DNA of 62,916 nucleotides, counting the filler, from Candidatus Woesearchaeota archaeon (GTDB lineage Archaea > Nanobdellota > Nanobdellia > Woesearchaeales > GCA-2685855), in NCBI GenBank assembly GCA_002685855.1. It is 6 parts of 6 records of this genome, joined end to end, with 100 filler letters (N's around TTAATTAATTAA, not from the genome) between each part and the next. Parts side by side here need not be neighbours in the genome. Positions count along the whole stretch, not along the records: positions 25,765 to 48,228 come from NYYS01000048.1; 5 more parts are not named here. One strand, written 5' to 3'. Below the pieces are notes generated by a model. It was not told the DNA's origin, did not search any database, and saw only the letters and a list, made by a program, of their open reading frames with translations. Below are positions 31,096 to 40,935 of the stretch, piece after piece. The first letter of the stretch is position 1, and every line of letters begins with the position of its first letter. The position numbers were made by a program, and so were the translations under genes.

Positions 31096-31274
31096 TCCCT
31101 ATCCTAAAAAGGTAGTTGTCCCATCCCAGGAGGCTGTGTCCTGCCACGGCCTCCGGCCGTGGGTGGCCAAAAAGAATAAATGTTTGATTAGTTTCAATAT
31201 GGTAAATAAATCAACCCTTCCAGCTACACACAACCTTTTTATATCTCCTGAGAATTGACAAGATCAGAAAAAAA

Positions 31275-32561
31275 ATGCTCGACATGAAATTTATCCGGGA
31301 AGAGAAAGATCTTGTAAAGAAAGACCTCGAAAAACGACAGGAAAAGGACAAACTCCTTCTCCTAAAAAACCTCCTAAAAAAAGATGAAGAATGGAGAAAA
31401 CTCAAGAAAGAGGTAGACGAGCTCCGCCACAGACGAAATCAAATCAGTCAACAGATCAACAAACTAAAGAAAGAGGGCAAAAAAGCTGAAAAAGAACTAA
31501 AAGAAGCAAAAGCAATCCCCAAAAAGATCATAGACACTGAATCCAAAACAGACCTTCTCAGAAAAGAGATGCACGACATCCAGATGCGCCTGCCAAACAT
31601 CATGCATGAATCAGTCCCCTATGGCAAAGACGACACAGAAAACAAAGTAGTCAGAACATGGGGAAAGATAAAAAAACCTGCATTTGAACTCAAACCACAC
31701 GGAGAACTCATGGAAGAACTCGGAGTCGCAGAGTTCGACCGGGCAGCAAAGATCTCAGGAAAAGGATTCTACTACCTCCTGGGGGATCTGGTTCTATTAG
31801 ACCAGGCACTCCTTCAGTTTGCCATCAGTAAACTCGTAAAAAAAGGCTACACCCCGGTACAACCACCTTACATGATGCGCACCGAAGCCTACGAAGGCGT
31901 CATCGACCTCGCAGACTTTGAAACCATGATGTACAAGATCCAGGACCAAGACCTCCACCTCATCGCCACGAGCGAACACCCCATGGGAGCCATCTTCATG
32001 AACGAGGTCCTTGAACCAAAAAAACTCCCCATCAAACTTGGAGGAATCAGCCCCTGCTTCAGAAAAGAGATCGGAAGCCACGGCGTAGACGAAAAAGGAA
32101 TCTTTCGCGTTCACCAGTTCAACAAGATAGAGATGTTCATCTTCTGCAAGCCTGAAGACAGCTGGAAACACCACGAAGAACTCATCGCCAATGCAGAAGA
32201 GATCTTCCAAGAACTCGAACTCCCCTACCGCATCGTCAACATCTGCACCGGAGACCTAGGAATCGTAGCAGCAAAAAAATACGATCTCGAACTCTGGATG
32301 CCCCGCGAAGAAAAATACAAAGAGGCAGTAAGCTGCAGCAACTGCACAGCCTACCAGGCAACACGACTCAACATCCGCTACCGCACAGGAGAAGGAAACA
32401 AGTTTGTACATACACTTAATTCCACCCTTGTAACCGACACCCGCCCCCTACGAGCAATTTTCGAACACCACCAGAACAAAGACGGCAGCGTCAACATCCC
32501 AAAAGCATTGCACCCTTACATGTACGGAAAGAAAAAGATCACACTACAAAGGAAATGGTAA
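31275..32561 (+). CDS. serS: Seryl-tRNA synthetase
   Basis: N-terminal coiled coil, LIATSEH, CFRKEIG...FRVHQFNKIE, SCSNCT and HTLNST. Confidence 0.97.
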   Translation: MLDMKFIREEKDLVKKDLEKRQEKDKLLLLKNLLKKDEEWRKLKKEVDELRHRRNQISQQINKLKKEGKKAEKELKEAKAIPKKIIDTESKTDLLRKEMHDIQMRLPNIMHESVPYGKDDTENKVVRTWGKIKKPAFELKPHGELMEELGVAEFDRAAKISGKGFYYLLGDLVLLDQALLQFAISKLVKKGYTPVQPPYMMRTEAYEGVIDLADFETMMYKIQDQDLHLIATSEHPMGAIFMNEVLEPKKLPIKLGGISPCFRKEIGSHGVDEKGIFRVHQFNKIEMFIFCKPEDSWKHHEELIANAEEIFQELELPYRIVNICTGDLGIVAAKKYDLELWMPREEKYKEAVSCSNCTAYQATRLNIRYRTGEGNKFVHTLNSTLVTDTRPLRAIFEHHQNKDGSVNIPKALHPYMYGKKKITLQRKW

Positions 32562-32562
32562 G

Positions 32563-32958
32563 ATGAAAAAAACACTCTTGCAAACTTCGGCCTTCCTTAT
32601 ACTTTTCTTCCTCGTTGGCTGTTTAACACAACAAAGCATTCCAGAAGAGAAAGGATGCGAAAACTGGTTCTACAGCTTCGGAGAACAGAACAGCTACACA
32701 ACCACCTACAACGTACTTCCCGAAGGAGAACAACGCTTCACAGGAACCTTTCTAACGAATACTTGCATGGGTGGAACAGGAAAACGCTGCCTTCCCTACA
32801 CCCTTGATGGCATCCCTATCTTCACCGGACCCCAAGACCACTCCCAGTTTGAAGGAAAAAAGGTAGAGATCATGGGAAAACGACGAAGAGCAGATGTTGA
32901 AGGAACAGAGATGATAGAGATCTGGCCCATCATGCTTCGCTGCGCTCCAGAAGAATAA
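32563..32958 (+). CDS. Hypothetical lipoprotein-like protein
   Basis: Signal peptide ending LVGC. Confidence 0.65.
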   Translation: MKKTLLQTSAFLILFFLVGCLTQQSIPEEKGCENWFYSFGEQNSYTTTYNVLPEGEQRFTGTFLTNTCMGGTGKRCLPYTLDGIPIFTGPQDHSQFEGKKVEIMGKRRRADVEGTEMIEIWPIMLRCAPEE

Positions 32959-33005
32959 CCTTTTCATCCCGTAACCTTTTTAAACAACCCTTTCTAAGAC
33001 AATGT

Positions 33006-33338
33006 ATGGTCTCCATACCAGGATGGGCATACATAATCATAGGCGTAGGAATAAGCTGGTACAGCTGGTTTGTAAACAAAGCCACCTACGGTAGCGGAGG
33101 AAATCCTGTTATGAAGGTGTTCTTCTGGCTGGGCGTCCTCTTCATCTTTATCGGTGTTGCAAAGATCGCAGCAGCCCGCTTCCTCAGAAAAACAGACCCT
33201 GGAGAAAGCGCCCTCTCAAACACTCTCGCTCCCAGGCAACCCATCAGACAACAAAGCGTGGTACTCTGCCCCTATTGCAAGGGAAAAACCTATGGACACG
33301 GAAACTTCTGCCATCGGTGTGGGGGTAGGCTCAGATAA
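33006..33338 (+). CDS. Two-TM protein with C-terminal zinc ribbon
   Basis: Two hydrophobic helices and CPYC...FCHRCG. Confidence 0.8.
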   Translation: MVSIPGWAYIIIGVGISWYSWFVNKATYGSGGNPVMKVFFWLGVLFIFIGVAKIAAARFLRKTDPGESALSNTLAPRQPIRQQSVVLCPYCKGKTYGHGNFCHRCGGRLR

Positions 33339-33380
33339 GCCACCAAAAGATTAATAAATCATTCTTTTTAAAAAGAAGCT

Positions 33381-34079
33381 GTGGAAACCTTAGAATGTAT
33401 CAGAACCCGAAGGAGCATCCGAAGCTTCAAAGACCAACCCATAGAATTCTACAAGATCGGACTCCTCCTGGACGCAGCAAATCACGCACCCTCCTCAGGC
33501 AATGTGCAAAACTGGCGCTACATACTCATCACAAGTAAGGACAGCATGCACCAAATATCTGCCCTAGCAGCAGGACAGGAATGCATCGCAAACGCAGCCA
33601 TACTCCTTATCGCCTGTAGCGATGATGAAGATGTAGAGATGCACTATGGCCTTCGAGGAAAGAGGCTCTACACCGTCCAAAACGTCGCAGCATCAATCCA
33701 GAACATCCTCTTAGCAGCCCACGACCTTGACCTTGGAGCTGTCTGGGTAGGCGCCTTTGACGAAGAAAAACTCTCAGCCATGCTCGGCGTCCCGCCTATT
33801 GGACGCATCCACGCACTTCTTGCAATCGGCTACCCCAACGAAGAACCCATACGCAAATATATGAAACCCCTAGAGATGCTCACCTTCTTCCGAAGCTACG
33901 GCAACAGAATAGATGATATCCACATCGTATTGCGAGATTATTCTGTCGAATGGCAGAAACAGGCAACAAAACTCAAAGACGTAGCAACAAAAGGGCTCGG
34001 AACAGGAAAAGGGTTTCTAAAGAAATCGTTAGACCTCTTTAAAGAAAAGCTTAAAGAACGAAAGAATAAAGGTAAATAA
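33381..34079 (+). CDS. Nitroreductase family protein
   Basis: RRSIRSF, APSSGNVQNW, QNILLAA...LGAVWVG and IGYP motifs. Confidence 0.93.
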   Translation: METLECIRTRRSIRSFKDQPIEFYKIGLLLDAANHAPSSGNVQNWRYILITSKDSMHQISALAAGQECIANAAILLIACSDDEDVEMHYGLRGKRLYTVQNVAASIQNILLAAHDLDLGAVWVGAFDEEKLSAMLGVPPIGRIHALLAIGYPNEEPIRKYMKPLEMLTFFRSYGNRIDDIHIVLRDYSVEWQKQATKLKDVATKGLGTGKGFLKKSLDLFKEKLKERKNKGK

Positions 34080-34145
34080 CCCCCTCTGAAACATTTTCAG
34101 AAAAAAGATAGATAGCTTTTTAACACCATCCAATTTCTCTAGCAG

Positions 34146-36008
34146 ATGGATCCCGATAGTCTTCTCTTCCCCCACAAAGAGGTACGAGCCGTCCAGAAAG
34201 AGCTCCTTGCAGCTATACAAAAAGGAATAGATGCCAAAAGAAACCTCGTCATCCACGCCCCCACCGGCCTAGGAAAGACTGCCTCATCCCTCCCAGTAGC
34301 CCTAAAAAAAGCACTCGAAGAGGATCTTGTTGTATTCTTCCTCACCTCCCGACACACACAACACCAGATAGCACTCGACACCCTCCAACTCATCAAAGAA
34401 AAGTTCAACCTTCATTTTGGCGTTGTCTCACTCATCGGAAAAAAAGGCCTCTGCCTCCAACCCGGAGTACAATCCCTAACTGCAAAAAACTTTCATGAAT
34501 TCTGCAGAGCAATGCGCGAAGACAAAAAATGCGAGTATTATGAACGCATGAAAACAAAAGAAACCGCCAGCCCTGAAGCAGAACTCGCACTCCATGATCT
34601 CGAACAAGGAACAATGGGTTCTACACGGGTCATAGAAGTAGCAGAACAACGACAACTCTGCCCCTACGAACTTAGCCTGCTCCTCGCAAAACGCGCAAAA
34701 GTCATCGTAGGAGATTATCTCTATCTGTTCTCACCAACAATACGCACATCACTCCTTGCAAAACTCGGAAGACAACTCGACCAATGCATCGTCATTGTAG
34801 ACGAAGCACACAACCTTCCAACACGAATCAAAGACGTTTCATCAGAATTCCTCACAAGCTTCATGCTCACACGTTCAAAACAAGAAGCAGAAAAATATAT
34901 CTCAGAAGAACTCCAGCAACAGATCGAACAAATAGAAACAACACTTTCAAACCTCGCACAAACCCTTAACAAAGACAACGAACGCTACATCACAAAAGAA
35001 GACCTCATCTCAACACTCCCCTTTGACATAGACACATTCATCGAAACCTGCGAAACAGCAGGAGACTCCATACGAGAAGAACAACGACAATCCTTCATCG
35101 GAAGCCTCGCACTCTTTTTCGCAGCCTGGCTCGGAGAAGACAAAGGATACACACGCATCCTCGCCAAAAAACAAGGGAGCAAAGGCGACTACCTCAGCCT
35201 CAGCTATCGCTCACTAGATCCTTCAATAGTCGGAGCAGAGGTCTTCACCAACTGCTACTCATCTGTATTAATGTCTGGCACACTCACTCCCACAACCATG
35301 TACCAGGAACTCCTCGGAGTAGACGGCCAATGCCAGGAATTCGAAAGCCCCTTCCCTCAAGACAACAAACTCAGCTTAGTCATCCCCAAAACCACAACAA
35401 AATATTCCAAACGAACTCCAGAAATGTATCGCAGCATTGCAAACACAATAAACGAACTCGCAGAAGACATAAAAGGAAACATCGCAGTCTTCTTCCCCAG
35501 CTATGCAGTCATGGGAGAGATCTACACCATCTGTTCAACATTACTCAAGAAAACGATCTTTCTCGAACAACGCAACATGACAAAAACAGAAAAAGAAGAA
35601 TTCCTAGAACGATTCAAACAGTACAACAAAGAAGGAGCAGTCCTCTTCGGAGCAATAACTGGCAGCTTCGGAGAAGGAATCGACCTCCCCGGAGACCTTC
35701 TCCACGGCGTCATCATCGTAGGACTCCCCCTCCAAAAACCCGACCTCGAAACAGAAGCCTTAATCAAATACTACGATGAAAAATTCGGCAAAGGAAACGA
35801 ATACGGCTACACCTACCCCAGCTTCCAACGCACCCTACAAGGAGCAGGAAGATGCATCCGATCAGAAACAGACCGCGGTGTAGTAATCTTCTTAGACGAA
35901 CGCTACAGTTGGCCCAACTACTACCGCTGCTTCCCCAACGAATACAACATCCGCACCACATTGCTGTATAGGAAGATGATCCAGGAGTTCTTTAAAACTA
36001 CAGAATAA
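34146..36008 (+). CDS. xpd: XPD/Rad3 family Fe-S DNA helicase
   Basis: APTGLGKT, Fe-S cysteines including CPYE, DEAHNL, SGTL, EGID and QGAGRCIR. Confidence 0.93.
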   Translation: MDPDSLLFPHKEVRAVQKELLAAIQKGIDAKRNLVIHAPTGLGKTASSLPVALKKALEEDLVVFFLTSRHTQHQIALDTLQLIKEKFNLHFGVVSLIGKKGLCLQPGVQSLTAKNFHEFCRAMREDKKCEYYERMKTKETASPEAELALHDLEQGTMGSTRVIEVAEQRQLCPYELSLLLAKRAKVIVGDYLYLFSPTIRTSLLAKLGRQLDQCIVIVDEAHNLPTRIKDVSSEFLTSFMLTRSKQEAEKYISEELQQQIEQIETTLSNLAQTLNKDNERYITKEDLISTLPFDIDTFIETCETAGDSIREEQRQSFIGSLALFFAAWLGEDKGYTRILAKKQGSKGDYLSLSYRSLDPSIVGAEVFTNCYSSVLMSGTLTPTTMYQELLGVDGQCQEFESPFPQDNKLSLVIPKTTTKYSKRTPEMYRSIANTINELAEDIKGNIAVFFPSYAVMGEIYTICSTLLKKTIFLEQRNMTKTEKEEFLERFKQYNKEGAVLFGAITGSFGEGIDLPGDLLHGVIIVGLPLQKPDLETEALIKYYDEKFGKGNEYGYTYPSFQRTLQGAGRCIRSETDRGVVIFLDERYSWPNYYRCFPNEYNIRTTLLYRKMIQEFFKTTE

Positions 36009-36085
36009 TCCCTTCTGGAACCGAAATCCTTTTATATGATTCTCTCTAAAAACAGGCTATAACTCGTGTGTGAGGTGTGTGGATT

Positions 36086-36496
36086 ATGGAAAAAAATGAT
36101 TTATTGTTGGTCTCAATTGTGGGAATTGTTGCTGTTGTAGCAGTGGTGATGCTATTCTGGGGATCTGGTGCAACTGTTGTTGATTCTGGAGGTGAGGCAC
36201 AGAATATTGCTGGTCAAGCTTTTAAAGGATCTTTGAAGGATAAACCTATTTCAATTTTTATGCAAGGAGATAACAAATGGGTATTTAATCCTGAAGAAAT
36301 GCCAAATACTCCTGAAATGTTGGGGGGGAATTGGGGTCCTTGTGATGCAGATTTAAAAGGTGTGTGTGTCGGTCAATGTTGTGGGGAAGGTCATAACCTT
36401 GTAGAATGTCAAAATAACGGTCAAGGTGGCACTATTTGTACTTGTGGTTATGCTCGTTGTGCTGGTAATCTTGTCGAAAAAGACCCCGGTCAATAG
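36086..36496 (+). CDS. Exported small protein with C-terminal 8-Cys domain (paralog 1)
   Basis: GAGGTG SD, N-terminal TM, QNIAGQAF, then GG followed by 8 Cys. Confidence 0.8.
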   Translation: MEKNDLLLVSIVGIVAVVAVVMLFWGSGATVVDSGGEAQNIAGQAFKGSLKDKPISIFMQGDNKWVFNPEEMPNTPEMLGGNWGPCDADLKGVCVGQCCGEGHNLVECQNNGQGGTICTCGYARCAGNLVEKDPGQ

Positions 36497-36651
36497 AATC
36501 TTATCTTTGTTTTTGGTTGACCTTTAAGATATAACGACCTCAAGGTTTTTAGAATGGGTTAATTTCAATAAATAGGGTGTGTTGAGGTGGAGTTTTGAAG
36601 AAATCTCCGTCTGTGTCACAAAATTAAAAAAACTTTAGTGAGGTGCGGATC

Positions 36652-37080
36652 ATGGAAAAAACAAATTTGAGTTTGATCTCGATTGTGGCTGTTGTAGCTG
36701 TTGTGGCCTTAGTGGCTCTTTATTTGGGATCTGGAAAAGGTTTCAAAACTAATGCGGTCGAATCAGGTCTTGATGAAGATGAATCACAAAATTTAGCAGG
36801 GCAAGCATATAAAAAATTTTTAGACAAGGACGAAATAGCCTTTATTACTATTGATGCAGATGGAGGATCAAAAATGTATTCTTACGAAGAATATGGAAAC
36901 CTTCCCGATCCAAAAGGGGGGAGTTGGGGTTCTTGTGACGATTGGTCCAAATGTAGTGACGACTGTTGTGCATTATCAAAAGTACCTATCAAATGCATGA
37001 CAAATGGTAACGACTATATTTGTACTTGTCTTTCGGGTAATTGTAAGCCCCTTCCTGGACTCCCTGCCCATATAGGATAG
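36652..37080 (+). CDS. Exported small protein with C-terminal 8-Cys domain (paralog 2)
   Basis: Same SD and leader, QNLAGQAY, GG and the same Cys spacing as paralog 1. Confidence 0.8.
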   Translation: MEKTNLSLISIVAVVAVVALVALYLGSGKGFKTNAVESGLDEDESQNLAGQAYKKFLDKDEIAFITIDADGGSKMYSYEEYGNLPDPKGGSWGSCDDWSKCSDDCCALSKVPIKCMTNGNDYICTCLSGNCKPLPGLPAHIG

Positions 37081-37246
37081 AATCCCTCGAAGGTTACACG
37101 ATATAAGTAACTCGGCCACTGTACGGTTTTTCCCTTTCTTTTTTTCTTCCTTCTTCTCCAATCAAAACCCCCCACCAATATACAAAAACCTATACAAAAC
37201 GAAATATTTATATACTAGTTCCTATAAAGTAAGATATGGTGGTGCC

Positions 37247-37657
37247 ATGGTCATCCTATTCGATCAGTATAATCTTCCCGAAAACATATTTGAAGTGGTC
37301 TTTGCGACCAAACAGCAGGTAATTGTTGGGAAACTCCTCATAGAGGAGATGAAGCTCAAAGATGGAGAGATGGGGAAGACAGAGATGAGCATGTTTGCAA
37401 CAGCCCTTCACGAAGGAAAACTCTTCGAAGAAGAAGACTCCCGGGTTAAAATCAAGAAAAAAAAGAGTATCAGCTACAACAAACGACAATTTTACGACAG
37501 AATCCTCACACCCATGAAAACCATGGGGCTGATCGACTACGACCTGTACAAAAAAACCTACAAGCTCAGCGAAAAATTCAATAAAAACATGATGAAAATC
37601 GGCCTCCAATGGCTCCAAGAGCTAAGACGGCCCCCACAAATATTCAAAACGAGGTGA
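37247..37657 (+). CDS. Hypothetical protein, wHTH-like
   Basis: TATA box TTTATATA upstream; FYDRILTPMKTMGLIDY..YKKTYKLS resembles a winged-helix end. Confidence 0.7.
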   Translation: MVILFDQYNLPENIFEVVFATKQQVIVGKLLIEEMKLKDGEMGKTEMSMFATALHEGKLFEEEDSRVKIKKKKSISYNKRQFYDRILTPMKTMGLIDYDLYKKTYKLSEKFNKNMMKIGLQWLQELRRPPQIFKTR

Positions 37658-37680
37658 AAACACAAACAATCAAACTCAAA

Positions 37681-37752
37681 AAAGCTCCCATTGCTTGTTT
37701 TCTACCCTCCCCAAACCCCCTAAGCATGGGAGCTTTCCTTTTTTCTCTTTAA
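37681..37752 (+). terminator. Inverted repeat followed by a T-rich tract
   Basis: AAAGCTCCCA(T)TGCTT ... AAGCATGGGAGCTTT, then CCTTTTTTCTCTTT. Confidence 0.5.
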
Positions 37753-37792
37753 TTCTCATAAACTATATAAACCGCCAGACACCAGAACCCCT

Positions 37793-39727
37793 ATGGGAAC
37801 AACCACTCAGCTTCTCGAAACACGCATAGCCTTTGTCCAACCCCTTACTAACACCCTTACCAAACTCCTCACAACAGATCTCATCTCAACCGAAGTTCGC
37901 CTCCACCTCCCAAAAAAAGAAAACCCCAAAAACTACATTGTCGAAGCCTGGTCAAACATAAAAGATGAAAAAAGAAAGAGCTTCCACAGCCACACACTCA
38001 AATTTCACAAAGAAGAAAACTCCTTCCTCGCTTTCAGAGGACACATCCGCTGCACCAACCCCGGAAGAGCCAGAATCTTCTACCGCTACAGAAAAAAAGA
38101 CCAAAAACACTGGACATGGCTCGAAGAACAGAACAAACGCACATACGCAGAAGTAGACATCCAGCCCTCCTGGATCACAAATGCCATCGTCTACAACGCA
38201 TTCGTACGCTTCTTTGGAGCAAAAAAGGTAGAACACGGAAAAATAATCCGACCCGGAACCGCAGGAACCTTCGACCACCTCAAAAAACATCTTAAAACTC
38301 TCAAAAAAATGGGCATCAACGTCCTCTACCTGAATCCCATCCACCAGATCGGAGAACTCTACCGCAACACCAACCCTCACGACCTGCTGCCAAGCTACCT
38401 CCAACCCGGCTGTCCCTACAGCATCAAAGACTACAAAAGTATCGACCCTGAACTCGCCTTCGACACAGACTATGAAAAATCTCACCTTTCCGACCCCTTC
38501 AAAGAGTTCAAACAACTTGTCAAAGAGGCACACAAACTCAAAATAAGAGTCATCATGGACCTCGTCTTTAACCACGCCGCCCATGATGCCGTATTCCAAA
38601 GACTCCACCCTGAATGGTTCCTCTACAAAGAGAACATAACAAGCTTAGATGATCCCTACATCTACCCCGAAGAGCTCAAACAAGGAAAACCATGGGGAGA
38701 CCCCAAACACACCTTCGCACCCTACGACCATGGCTACTGGTGGGAAGACACAGCACAACTCAATTGGGAATACCGCATTCCTGAAGCACCAAACAACCCC
38801 CCTCCTAACCCCACACTTAAAGAGATGTGGACCTACTTCAAAAGCATACCAAAATACTGGGTCCAGCACCTCGGCATCGACGGCTTCCGCTGCGATGTCG
38901 CCTACCGCATCCCCCCCGAATTCTGGAAAGAATGTATCGAAGAAACCCGCATCGTTGCAAAAGAATCCTACCCCGAAAACGGATCGTTCGACGACACTGT
39001 CGTATTCATTGCAGAAAGCTATGCAGACGACCTCGACGAACTCCAAAAAGCAGGATTCGTAGCCGCCTACTCAGACTACTCAAACAAACTCTACTCCCCC
39101 CTCACCCTCAAAGGATACCTTGACTACATCTACAACATCTCAGGAACATTCTTCCCCAAAGGAAGCAAATGGTTCCTCTTCCCCGAATGCCATGACTTCC
39201 ACCGCACCCCCCAAAAGATCGCAGCCCACCACAACGAATCAGAAGAAGCAGACTGCAACGCTAACAAAAGTAGATACACCCTTACCGCAACCCTGCCCGG
39301 CATCCCAATGATCTTCAACGGATTTGAAAAAATCGAATGGCACCCCGTCAACCTCTTCAGCTACAGTAGCATCGACTGGGAATCAGACAAAGACCTCACA
39401 ATCCACATCACAAAGATAAACAAAATCAGAAACAAACTCATCGCTCTCCAACAAGGAAACTATCAATACCTTGAAACAAACCAGGGCCACAACGAACACA
39501 CAAATGTTTTTGCCTATCTGCGCAGCTACCAAAATCAGCACGTACTTGTCGCAGTTAACATGAACATCACAGAACACACAAACGCAATTATCTACCTTCC
39601 AGAATGGCTCATACAAAAAAAATTCACACTTAAAGACCACATCACAGGAAAAACATACAAACGAACAGAAACAGAACTCTATATAGAATTAGAACCCGGA
39701 GATGCACACATCTTTGAACTTCAATAA
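37793..39727 (+). CDS. GH13 alpha-amylase family glycosidase
   Basis: LYLNPIH, PYSIKDY, MDLVFNH, DGFRCDVA, IAE and CHD catalytic regions. Confidence 0.92.
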   Translation: MGTTTQLLETRIAFVQPLTNTLTKLLTTDLISTEVRLHLPKKENPKNYIVEAWSNIKDEKRKSFHSHTLKFHKEENSFLAFRGHIRCTNPGRARIFYRYRKKDQKHWTWLEEQNKRTYAEVDIQPSWITNAIVYNAFVRFFGAKKVEHGKIIRPGTAGTFDHLKKHLKTLKKMGINVLYLNPIHQIGELYRNTNPHDLLPSYLQPGCPYSIKDYKSIDPELAFDTDYEKSHLSDPFKEFKQLVKEAHKLKIRVIMDLVFNHAAHDAVFQRLHPEWFLYKENITSLDDPYIYPEELKQGKPWGDPKHTFAPYDHGYWWEDTAQLNWEYRIPEAPNNPPPNPTLKEMWTYFKSIPKYWVQHLGIDGFRCDVAYRIPPEFWKECIEETRIVAKESYPENGSFDDTVVFIAESYADDLDELQKAGFVAAYSDYSNKLYSPLTLKGYLDYIYNISGTFFPKGSKWFLFPECHDFHRTPQKIAAHHNESEEADCNANKSRYTLTATLPGIPMIFNGFEKIEWHPVNLFSYSSIDWESDKDLTIHITKINKIRNKLIALQQGNYQYLETNQGHNEHTNVFAYLRSYQNQHVLVAVNMNITEHTNAIIYLPEWLIQKKFTLKDHITGKTYKRTETELYIELEPGDAHIFELQ

Positions 39728-39954
39728 TAAATAGTATTACTAGTACTATCTCCTATCTGTTAAAACTATAACAATACCGCCGAATATGTTATCATTCTAA
39801 CTATCACGACTAATCAGTTAAAAGAAAATTAGAAAAACTCATCGACATGAGAATAATTATAAGGAAAGGTGGTACGCACTCTATTCATCTAAAAGAGTTC
39901 AATAGGTAAACTATTGTCTCACTAGTTTTTATTAAAAACTTAACAGACAGAACC

Positions 39955-40911
39955 ATGTCCTTGCTCTTTCCCAACCTTACTACAATGTCCTATGCAACAA
40001 AAGCAAACAGAGAAGCAGAGTTAGAAACTCGAAAACGTTTTCAGGAATTTTTAGATCCAGAAAAACCCGACATAAAGATCACTTCATTTGCAGGAACAAT
40101 GAAAGATGATTGGGAAAAAATCACTGGTGCAGCAGCAACACTTACAAAACCACCTATTGATCCTCACAAAGAACTTGTTGATCTCAGTTATGAATTTGGA
40201 GGACGCTATGCCCCTCCCCTTCAACTTGACCTCCCTCTTATGATTGCAGGAATGAGTGCAGGAGCATTATCAGACAATGCAAAACTTGCAATACACAAAG
40301 CATTAAACATTCTCGCAACAGAACACAACATAAAACTCCTTTACAACACAGGGGAGGGAGGAGTCCTCAAACATGAAATAGAAGACCGCAACTATTTCCT
40401 TATGGCGCAAGTTGCTTCGGGCCGTTTTGCGGTTTCTCTTGAAACACTTCTTCAGGCAGATGCGATAGAGATAAAAATATCTCAGGGAGCAAAACCCGGA
40501 ATGGGTGGACTGCTTCTAGGAGAAAAAGTAAATGAATCAATAGCAGAACGAAGAAGAATACCCTTAGGAGTTCCAGCCTATTCCCCTGCAAGAAATATGG
40601 ATATTATCGGTCCGGAAGATGTTTTTTCATCCATACAACAGTACAGAATCATAACAGGAGGAAAAACACCAATCGGAATAAAAATCGCAGCAACAAACGT
40701 CTATTATGATGCAATCATAGCGTCACGAATGGCCGACTTTATCACTGTCGATGGAATGCCTGCAACAACCGGTGCAAGACCTGAGTTTGCATCCTTTCTT
40801 GGAATACCAACAATACCTGCGATAGTTGAAGCATCAAAAGGAATAGACACAATGGTTTCTGATCTATACACCGAACTCAGAAAAAACCCCTCCTTGTTCA
40901 CAGGTAGATGA
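39955..40911 (+). CDS. Glutamate synthase FMN-binding domain protein, C-terminally truncated
   Basis: MS.GALS, NTGEGG, QVASGRF, EIKISQGAKPG.GG.L.GEKV and DFITVDG; ends before the expected SGG and Cys-cluster region. Confidence 0.8.
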   Translation: MSLLFPNLTTMSYATKANREAELETRKRFQEFLDPEKPDIKITSFAGTMKDDWEKITGAAATLTKPPIDPHKELVDLSYEFGGRYAPPLQLDLPLMIAGMSAGALSDNAKLAIHKALNILATEHNIKLLYNTGEGGVLKHEIEDRNYFLMAQVASGRFAVSLETLLQADAIEIKISQGAKPGMGGLLLGEKVNESIAERRRIPLGVPAYSPARNMDIIGPEDVFSSIQQYRIITGGKTPIGIKIAATNVYYDAIIASRMADFITVDGMPATTGARPEFASFLGIPTIPAIVEASKGIDTMVSDLYTELRKNPSLFTGR

Positions 40912-40935
40912 CATCCAAAGAACTCAAAACACACG

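Noticed and set aside
30792..31115. 107-aa ORF, and the 70-aa ORF at 43713-43925
   Set aside because: They overlap tRNA genes, have non-ATG starts and show no motifs.
31096..31175. HDV-like (theta) ribozyme in the tRNA trailer
   Set aside because: P1-, P3- and L3-like parts can be drawn, but there is no room for a P2 5' strand, so the double pseudoknot cannot form.
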